Assembly: GCA_045600045.1 (NCBI GenBank)
Contig: JAZRXD010000044.1
Location: 5,593 to 69,592 of the forward strand
Source: Bacteroidales bacterium
GTDB taxonomy: Bacteria > Bacteroidota > Bacteroidia > Bacteroidales > UBA1715
DNA length: 64,000 nt
Direction of reading: 5' to 3'
Both the position numbers and the translations under genes were made by a program. Under the pieces are notes generated by a model. That model did not search any database. It was not told the origin of the DNA and saw only the letters and a program-made list of their open reading frames with translations. Positions 56,634-64,000 of the stretch are shown one piece after another (the first letter of the stretch is position 1; every line of letters begins with the position of its first letter).

Positions 56634-59246
56634 GTGGCGAAAACTTCGGAAACTCCAATGATGAAGCAATATTATCAGATGAAGGAAAAACATCCTGATG
56701 CGATATTGCTATATAGAGTTGGCGATTTCTACGAAACATATTCGAGTGATGCTGTAAAAGCAGCTAGAATTTTGGGAATAACATTAACCCGTCGTTCGGC
56801 TGGTACGCCAAATGAAACGGAAATGGCAGGTTTCCCATATCATGCATTGGACACGTATCTTCCAAAACTTGTTCGTGCAGGAATGCGCGTTGCAATATGC
56901 GAGCAGTTAGAAGATCCGTCGAAGACGAAAACCTTGGTGAAACGTGGAATCATTGAATTGGTGACTCCGGGTGTCTCGTTGAGTGAAACTATCCTTGAAA
57001 ATCGTGAAAATAATTTCCTTGCCGCTATTCATAGTCTGCAATCCGTTGTTGGTGTTGCATTTTTGGATATTTCCACAGGAGAATTTTTGGTGGCACAGGG
57101 AACCGTTGACTATGTTGAAAAGTTATTGAACAGTTTCCAGCCGAAAGAATTATTGTACGACCGTACTCAAGAGCAATGGTATAAAGAAAACTTGTATCGC
57201 GAAAATGTCTGCACGTCAAAGTTGGACGACTGGATTTTTACTTCCGAAGCTGCACGCGACAAATTGTTGGCACAATTCGAAACTTCGTCGCTAAAAGGCT
57301 TTGGTATAGAAGAAATGCCACAGGCAATTATCGCCGCAGGCGCTATTTTGCATTATCTTGATATTACCGAACATAAATTAACTAGCCACATAAGAAATAT
57401 CGCACGGATTGATAAGGAAACTTACGTGTGGTTGGATAAGTTTACTATTCGAAATCTTGAATTGTTTGGTTCCGACAGCCATGATGCAAAAACATTGCTT
57501 TCGGTACTCGACAATACGCAAACTTCAATGGGGGCAAGGTTGCTACATCGTTGGGCAGCACTTCCGTTGCGTAAAATTTCCGATATCAATGCTCGATTGA
57601 ATGTTGTTCAGTCTTTTGTGGAACAACCGGACGTGATTGACGAATTGTCGGTTTTACTAAAATCGATGTGCGATTTGGAGAGAATTATTGCCCGTGTTGC
57701 TACAAACCGAATTTTGCCACGTGAACTTCTGCAGTTGCAAAAGACCTTGGAAGGAATTGTTCCGTTGAAAAACTTGTGCGAGAATTCGGCAAACGAAACA
57801 TTACAGGCTTTCGCGCATCAGTTGAATTCCTGCGACGCTTTGCGGGAACGGATTATTCGCGAAATTCAGCCAGAGGCAAACAATACAATTAACAAAGGGA
57901 ATATCATCAATTCCGGTGTGAATGCGGAACTCGACGAATTACGTGAAATTGCATACAATGGCAAGGATTATTTGTTAAAAATGCAGGAACGCGAGGAGCA
58001 ACGTACGGGAATTCCTAAAATTAAGGTCGCATTTAATAATGTGTTCGGCTATTATATAGAAGTTCGCAACACACATAAGGAAAAGGTTCCCGAAGATTGG
58101 ATCCGAAAACAAACACTGGTAGGTGCCGAGCGATACATTACTCAGGAATTAAAGGAATATGAAGAGAAAATTCTTGGTGCAGAAACTCGTATTCTTGAAA
58201 TTGAACAAGAAGTGTATAACGCTCTCGTTCAATATGTTACACAATATACAGAAACAATCCAGCTTGATGCGAGTATAATTGCTCAAATTGATTGTTTGTT
58301 CTCGTTTGCTGTTTTGGCGGTCAATAATAATTATGTCCGTCCCGAAGTGAACGATTCAATGATTTTGGACATTAAAAATGGACGACATCCGGTGATTGAG
58401 ACAGAAATGGCTCCAGGCGAGGAATATATTGGCAACGATGTTTATTTGGACAATGAAAAACAACAAATTATTATTATCACAGGTCCGAATATGGCCGGAA
58501 AATCGGCGTTGTTGCGACAAACGGCTTTGATTGTCTTGATGGCACAAATGGGTTGTTTCGTACCAGCTGATTCAGCAACTTTGGGTATTGTTGATAAAGT
58601 TTTCACGCGTGTTGGTGCGTCTGACAACATTTCCCAAGGCGAATCGACATTTATGGTTGAAATGAATGAAGCCGCCAATATATTGAACAACATGACGGAC
58701 AGAAGTCTTGTGCTGTTTGATGAATTGGGACGTGGAACGAGTACGTACGATGGAATTTCCATAGCGTGGGCTATTGTTGAATATTTGCATGAATGTCCGA
58801 CGGCAAAGCCGAAAACGCTTTTCGCAACGCATTACCACGAATTGAACGAATTGGAGAACTCATTTAATAGAGTGAAGAATTTCAACGTTTCGGTGCGCGA
58901 ACAAAATCAAAAGGTTATTTTCTTGAGAAAACTTGTTCCTGGCGGAAGTGAGCATAGTTTTGGTATTCACGTGGCAAAAATGGCAGGTATGCCGAAATCA
59001 GTAGTGAAACGCGCCGACGAAATTCTAAAGGAATTGGAGGGAGGAAATGGAAATTCCCAAGTGTTAACAAAACCATTAAAGGAAATTGAACAAACCCGCG
59101 AAGGTTATCAGTTAAGCATATTCCAACTTGACGATCCTGTTTTGTCGCAAATCCGCGATGAATTGCTGGGTATAGAAATTAATAATTTAACGCCAATAGA
59201 GGCTTTAAATAAATTAAACGACATTAAGAAATTTTTAGAGAAATGA
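56634..59246 (+). CDS. mutS: DNA mismatch repair protein MutS
   Basis: [49 protein letters not shown]. Confidence 0.98.
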   Translation: MAKTSETPMMKQYYQMKEKHPDAILLYRVGDFYETYSSDAVKAARILGITLTRRSAGTPNETEMAGFPYHALDTYLPKLVRAGMRVAICEQLEDPSKTKTLVKRGIIELVTPGVSLSETILENRENNFLAAIHSLQSVVGVAFLDISTGEFLVAQGTVDYVEKLLNSFQPKELLYDRTQEQWYKENLYRENVCTSKLDDWIFTSEAARDKLLAQFETSSLKGFGIEEMPQAIIAAGAILHYLDITEHKLTSHIRNIARIDKETYVWLDKFTIRNLELFGSDSHDAKTLLSVLDNTQTSMGARLLHRWAALPLRKISDINARLNVVQSFVEQPDVIDELSVLLKSMCDLERIIARVATNRILPRELLQLQKTLEGIVPLKNLCENSANETLQAFAHQLNSCDALRERIIREIQPEANNTINKGNIINSGVNAELDELREIAYNGKDYLLKMQEREEQRTGIPKIKVAFNNVFGYYIEVRNTHKEKVPEDWIRKQTLVGAERYITQELKEYEEKILGAETRILEIEQEVYNALVQYVTQYTETIQLDASIIAQIDCLFSFAVLAVNNNYVRPEVNDSMILDIKNGRHPVIETEMAPGEEYIGNDVYLDNEKQQIIIITGPNMAGKSALLRQTALIVLMAQMGCFVPADSATLGIVDKVFTRVGASDNISQGESTFMVEMNEAANILNNMTDRSLVLFDELGRGTSTYDGISIAWAIVEYLHECPTAKPKTLFATHYHELNELENSFNRVKNFNVSVREQNQKVIFLRKLVPGGSEHSFGIHVAKMAGMPKSVVKRADEILKELEGGNGNSQVLTKPLKEIEQTREGYQLSIFQLDDPVLSQIRDELLGIEINNLTPIEALNKLNDIKKFLEK

Positions 59247-61600
59247 TGAAAGAAAAAATCATTACTTGGCTCGGTATAATTTGGCAATGCATAAAATCGT
59301 TTTTCTGTTGGTTTATAGGAAAAGGGAAGCCTTTTTATGTGAAAATATTACGAGGATTTTTATTCTTTCTTTTTTTTATATTCGTTTACGTTGTTTCTGT
59401 TGAAGTAAATCTTTTCAATCTATTTGGATATTCACCGTCGATTCGTGAATTGAAAAATCCAGAGCAATGTGTGGCTTCTGAAATTTATGCAGAAGATGGA
59501 CGTATGCTTGGAAAGTTTTTCTATGAAAATAGAACGCCGATAGAGTACGAAGATTTGTCTCCGCTGTTGATTCAAACGCTCGTCGCAACCGAAGATGCCC
59601 GTTTTTATCAGCACCATGGCATTGATTTCAAAGCTTTGTTGCCGGTTTTGAAAGATATGATGCAAGGAAATCCTCGTGGAGGCAGTACAATCACACAGCA
59701 ATTGGTTAAAAATTTATTCAAAACGAGAAAACAAGACCATGGTTTGCTTGGAAAAATCCCGGGCGTTAAGATGTTTGTGATAAAATCGAAAGAGTGGATT
59801 TCGGCAGTGAGAATAGAAATGAATTTCGATAAACAAGAATTGCTTACATTGTATTTCAACACAGTCGATTTTGGTAGTAATTCATACGGAATCAAAGCTG
59901 CTGCAAAAACATTTTATAATAAAGCACCGAGAGATTTGGATGCAAATGAATGTGCGGTTTTAATCGGAATGTTGAAAGCACCGACAGCGTATAGTCCGGT
60001 TTTGAATCCTGATCGTTCGTTAGGTCGTAGAAATGTTGTGTTGGGAATTATGAAACGCGATGGTGTTATTTCCGAAGAAGAATACGAAACGATTTTGAAA
60101 GAACCGATAAAGTTGCAATACAAGGTTGAATCGCCGATTGAAGGAATTGCCAATTATTTCCGTCAAGCGGTTTATGCATATTTGAAACCATGGCTAAAGG
60201 AAAATGATTACGATATTTTTTCAGATGGTTTGAAGATTTATACCACGTTGAATTATGACATGCAGGTTTATGCAGAAGAAGCCATGACGCAAAATATGAA
60301 ACGTATTCAGCGTCAGTTCGATGCACATTGGAAAAATCAGAATCCATGGATTGACGGTAATAAAAATGAAATTCCTAAATTCATTGAAAATGTTGTGAAA
60401 AAATCGTGGTATTACAGTCGTTTGAGTGCGAAATTCCATGGAAATCAAGATTCTATAGATTATTATATCAATGAAAGACGTCCGCAAAAATTATTTTCGT
60501 GGAATGGCGATATCGACACGGTTTGCAGTTTTGTTGAGGCTACGAATTATTTGAAACGTATTTTGCATTCTGGTATGGTGGCGATTGAACCGGAAACAGG
60601 AGCAATCAAAGCGTATGTTGGTGGTTTGGATTACAATCATTTTAAATATGACAATGTACGTTCTATGCGTCAACCAGGATCTTCGTTCAAAACGTTTGTG
60701 TACACGGCTGCAATGGCTAATGGCTGGTCGCCGTGTGATAGTTTGTACGATATGCCAATCACGATAAATTATGTTGAAAAAGGCGAGAAAAAATCTTGGG
60801 TTCCACGAAATGCCGATAGATCGTATGTTGGTGGTAATGTCGGTTTGAAATATGCATTTGCCCATTCTTTGAATACGATTAGTGTTCAGTTGACGCAAAA
60901 TATAGGTGTTGAAACAGTGATAAACCAAGCACATGAAATGGGTGTGAAATCGCCTCTTGACACGGTACCGTCAATTTGTTTGGGTTCGAGCGATGTGACA
61001 TTGTTGGAGTTGACAGATGCCTATTGTCCGTTGTTGAACGATGGCTATCGTGTTGAACCAATGTTTGTTACGCGGATAGAAGACAAAGATGGAAATGTTA
61101 TAAAGACATTCGAACCAGAAAAGGAAAAAGTTTTGGATTCGGTTACGATTTTCTTGATGCAACAAATGTTTATAGCTTCGTTGCGTGAACCATACGGAAC
61201 GACACAAAATTTGTTCAGTTACAAGTTGTTTAACCATGAAACGGATTTTGGAGGAAAAACGGGAACATCTTCGAATTATTCCGATGGTTGGTTTGTTGGT
61301 GTTACGCCTCATTTAGTTGTTGGTTCTTGGGTTGGAGCAGAAGAACGTTGCGTTCATTTTAGAACGTCGTCGTTGGGCGAAGGTGGAAAAACCGCGCTTC
61401 CGATGTATGGTTTGTTTATGGAGAAGGTTATAAATGACGACCGATTTGTTCAATACCGCGGCCGTTTCCCTCGTCATATGAAAGGTTTGAAAAATCGTCC
61501 GTATTCATGTTATACCGTATATGTTCCGAAAAACGACACAACGGCTGTCGATTCATTGGGACATACCGATGGCGTGGATGAAGATATTTCTATAGAATAA
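59243..61600 (+). CDS. Class A penicillin-binding protein (PBP1A)
   Basis: Transglycosylase [20 protein letters not shown]; transpeptidase SSFK, SLN, KTGT. Confidence 0.94.
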   Translation: MMKEKIITWLGIIWQCIKSFFCWFIGKGKPFYVKILRGFLFFLFFIFVYVVSVEVNLFNLFGYSPSIRELKNPEQCVASEIYAEDGRMLGKFFYENRTPIEYEDLSPLLIQTLVATEDARFYQHHGIDFKALLPVLKDMMQGNPRGGSTITQQLVKNLFKTRKQDHGLLGKIPGVKMFVIKSKEWISAVRIEMNFDKQELLTLYFNTVDFGSNSYGIKAAAKTFYNKAPRDLDANECAVLIGMLKAPTAYSPVLNPDRSLGRRNVVLGIMKRDGVISEEEYETILKEPIKLQYKVESPIEGIANYFRQAVYAYLKPWLKENDYDIFSDGLKIYTTLNYDMQVYAEEAMTQNMKRIQRQFDAHWKNQNPWIDGNKNEIPKFIENVVKKSWYYSRLSAKFHGNQDSIDYYINERRPQKLFSWNGDIDTVCSFVEATNYLKRILHSGMVAIEPETGAIKAYVGGLDYNHFKYDNVRSMRQPGSSFKTFVYTAAMANGWSPCDSLYDMPITINYVEKGEKKSWVPRNADRSYVGGNVGLKYAFAHSLNTISVQLTQNIGVETVINQAHEMGVKSPLDTVPSICLGSSDVTLLELTDAYCPLLNDGYRVEPMFVTRIEDKDGNVIKTFEPEKEKVLDSVTIFLMQQMFIASLREPYGTTQNLFSYKLFNHETDFGGKTGTSSNYSDGWFVGVTPHLVVGSWVGAEERCVHFRTSSLGEGGKTALPMYGLFMEKVINDDRFVQYRGRFPRHMKGLKNRPYSCYTVYVPKNDTTAVDSLGHTDGVDEDISIE

Positions 61601-61606
61601 TAGTAG

Positions 61607-64000
61607 ATGAAAAGGATTGCAACCATATTTTCGGTTTTGTTTTTTATGGTAAACGTAACCGTTGCTCAAGATTCGTATTATAGTCTTTACAAGTTGAATG
61701 AATGGGAAAAACTTGAGAAAAAGGTTGTCCCTAGTTTGCAAAAACAGCCGCATGATGTCGTTCTTAATCATGTTGCGGGCAAAATGTATTCAAACGAGGC
61801 TTATCCGAAACATAGTTACGACAAGGCATATTCGTATTTCCTTACTACAAAAAGCGAGTTAAGTAAACTTTCGCCGGCAGAACGAGAGAAAATTTCTAAA
61901 TATGTGACGCCCAAAAAGGTTCAAGCAGATTTGGATTCGGTTTGCCAAAAGTTATTTAACAATGCTATTCATTCCAATTCAATTGAAACCTGTAATATAT
62001 TCTTAAAAAAGTACAAAAAAGCGTCGGAAACGTTGCGCGAAACAGTTCTAACCTATAGAAATACGTTGGCGTTTACCGAAGCTCAACAAAAAAATACAAT
62101 AGAAGCATATCAAGATTTTATTTCATTGTATCCCGATGCAAGCGAAGCACCTTTGGCAACGAAACGTTGCGATAAATTGGCTTATGATGAAACGCTTAGT
62201 AAAAATTCGTGTGATGCCTATATGAATTTTTTAAAGAATTATCCGAACAGCGAATTTGTTCCGGAAATTCAACAAAAATATGTTGACAAGATTTTTTCCG
62301 AAAAGTCGAATAGTGGAAGTTACAAGGATTACGAACAATTTGTGATTGCAAATCCCAATAGTAAGTTGGCGGTTCCTGCAATTCGAAAAATGCTTGCTAT
62401 TGCAAAACAACAAAAGGATTTGCCCTTGATGCAGAAAGCGGTAGAATATAGCCGCGAAATAGATTTTGAATATGCTTTGTATGAGTTTTATAAGGAATTT
62501 ACGCAAGATGGCGAGGCGTACACGCTTTATACGTTTGTCGATATGTATCCGCGCACGTTTCTCGACACATTGATTGCAAAGGATTTTAAAATTGCGGGAA
62601 AAGGCGATGCATTGGAATTGGTCGAACCATTTGATTCGGCAAAATCTTACCATTTGTTCACGGAATATATAAAAATGGCAGCACCGAAAGAAAAAGCTTT
62701 TGTGGTTTTGCAGAAATTGATGTCGGAAGATATCGCAGCAAAAAATTGGAAGAAAGCTCTTAAAACTGTAGAAACATTTAAACCGTATTTTGGTCAGAAT
62801 GACAAACGAATCAATGATTTGATAAAGATTCTAAATGCTCCGTTCGACAAAACAATTGTCGTACAGGATTTTACAGAAAAAATTAACACAAAAGAAGGTG
62901 GAGAATATTCTCCGATAATTACAGCCGACAATCAATATCTTTATTTCTGTGGAAAAAATCGTCCGGATAATATCGGAAAGACCGAAGATATTTTTGTTTC
63001 GAAATGGACGAATGGTGATTGGGGAGAACCGAAATTGGTTCGTGAATTATCAACGCCGACGACAAATGAGGCTGTTATTAGCGTCAGTACCGATGGAACC
63101 CAAATGTTGTATTTCAAGGAAGGTGTAATTTATTCTTCGGTAAAAGGGTATTATGGTTGGGAAGAAGGTGTGAATGTTTCCGACGAAATCAATAATGCAA
63201 AATGGTCGGCCGATGCAATGATTACCAGCGACGGAAACGCTATCATATTTGCTTCGGTACGTGACGAGGGTTATAATTTGTTTACTCGTCAAAATGCGAG
63301 TTTAGGCGTGTATCATGGAGCTGTTCACCATCAATCGGACATTTATGTTTCGTTGAAAACCGATAAAGGTTGGAGCAAGCCAATTAATTTAGGTCCGACA
63401 ATCAACACAATGTATGTGGATAGAAGTCCGTATTTGCACCACGATATGAAAACGTTGTATTTTAGTTCCGATGGTCATGGTGGTTTGGGAAATTTGGATG
63501 TGTTTGTTTCAACTCGTTTAGCCGATACTTGTTGGGATTGCTGGACTGAGCCGATCAATCTCGGAAAAGAAATCAATTCGTCGGAAGAGGATTGGGGCTA
63601 TCGAATAGCTCCGAATGGAAAGGATTTTTATTATGCGGCATGCGAAACTGGTACCAAACAAAATGATTTGTATTCTATAAAAATTCCAGAACGTTTCTGT
63701 CCCGAAGCTGTGGTGAATGTGATGGGAAAAATCACCGACAAACAAGGAAAAATGGTTGAAACACAAATAGTTTGGGAAGATTTGTCGTCGGGCGATGTGA
63801 TTGAAAAATCAAAATCAAATCCGGTTGATGGTAAGTATTTCACTGTTCTTCCAAATGGCAGAATGTATGGCTATTATGTTGATGACGAACGCTATTATCC
63901 TCAATCACAGAATATTGACTTGACCGAAGGAAAAACGGCACAAACAGTTGCCAAAGATATTGTTGTTACGTCGTACAAAGAAATGAAGGAAGAAAAAGCC
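61607..64000 (+). CDS. Secreted TPR-like/PD40 beta-propeller protein, probably OmpA family (runs off the right edge)
   Basis: Read manually: MKRIATIFSVLFFMVNVTVA-QDSYY..., helical N-terminal region, PD40 repeats INTKEGGEYSPIITADNQYLYF and NLGPTINTMYVDRSPYLHHDMKTLYFSSDGHGGLGNLDVF. Any OmpA domain would lie outside the window. Confidence 0.85.
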   Translation, partial: MKRIATIFSVLFFMVNVTVAQDSYYSLYKLNEWEKLEKKVVPSLQKQPHDVVLNHVAGKMYSNEAYPKHSYDKAYSYFLTTKSELSKLSPAEREKISKYVTPKKVQADLDSVCQKLFNNAIHSNSIETCNIFLKKYKKASETLRETVLTYRNTLAFTEAQQKNTIEAYQDFISLYPDASEAPLATKRCDKLAYDETLSKNSCDAYMNFLKNYPNSEFVPEIQQKYVDKIFSEKSNSGSYKDYEQFVIANPNSKLAVPAIRKMLAIAKQQKDLPLMQKAVEYSREIDFEYALYEFYKEFTQDGEAYTLYTFVDMYPRTFLDTLIAKDFKIAGKGDALELVEPFDSAKSYHLFTEYIKMAAPKEKAFVVLQKLMSEDIAAKNWKKALKTVETFKPYFGQNDKRINDLIKILNAPFDKTIVVQDFTEKINTKEGGEYSPIITADNQYLYFCGKNRPDNIGKTEDIFVSKWTNGDWGEPKLVRELSTPTTNEAVISVSTDGTQMLYFKEGVIYSSVKGYYGWEEGVNVSDEINNAKWSADAMITSDGNAIIFASVRDEGYNLFTRQNASLGVYHGAVHHQSDIYVSLKTDKGWSKPINLGPTINTMYVDRSPYLHHDMKTLYFSSDGHGGLGNLDVFVSTRLADTCWDCWTEPINLGKEINSSEEDWGYRIAPNGKDFYYAACETGTKQNDLYSIKIPERFCPEAVVNVMGKITDKQGKMVETQIVWEDLSSGDVIEKSKSNPVDGKYFTVLPNGRMYGYYVDDERYYPQSQNIDLTEGKTAQTVAKDIVVTSYKEMKEEKA

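Noticed and set aside
1-64000. tRNA, rRNA, tmRNA, riboswitches and IS elements
   Set aside because: Intergenic gaps are short and AT-rich, and I recognised no such structure or transposase; an Infernal/Rfam scan would be needed to exclude small RNAs.

Overview
AT-rich chromosomal window from a Bacteroidota (most likely Bacteroidales) bacterium. The assignment rests on TAnnTTTG promoter boxes, A-rich start regions without Shine-Dalgarno motifs, a T9SS-type C-terminal domain, the moxR-DUF58-batABCDE cluster and the nusB-DUF1573-yajC-ybbR-coaE cluster. It holds about 52 densely packed CDSs, mostly housekeeping (smpB, miaA, lysS, gpsA, asnA, valS, prmA, dacB, nusB, yajC, coaE, mutS, PBP1A). Three genes are missing from the ORF track: a truncated MsbA-like ABC transporter at the left edge, a 56-aa 2[4Fe-4S] ferredoxin and a truncated PD40 protein at the right edge. 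I saw no rRNA, tRNA, CRISPR array, transposase, integrase or reverse transcriptase. The most unusual items are: (1) a secreted MORN-LRR protein ending in an intact Hint (intein-like) domain with a single residue after the HN, a candidate Hedgehog-like self-processing or self-anchoring system; (2) a 1535-aa secreted beta-rich protein with a large internal duplication; (3) a mosaic T9SS surface protein with LRRs and four unassigned repeat units, flanked by inverted heptamer arrays; (4) a Bat locus with BatC split into two secreted proteins and an alkD-like gene inserted; (5) a MerR-GyrI gene with a hybrid 19-bp-spacer promoter and a possible internal start. All calls come from motif recognition by eye; no database searches were run.
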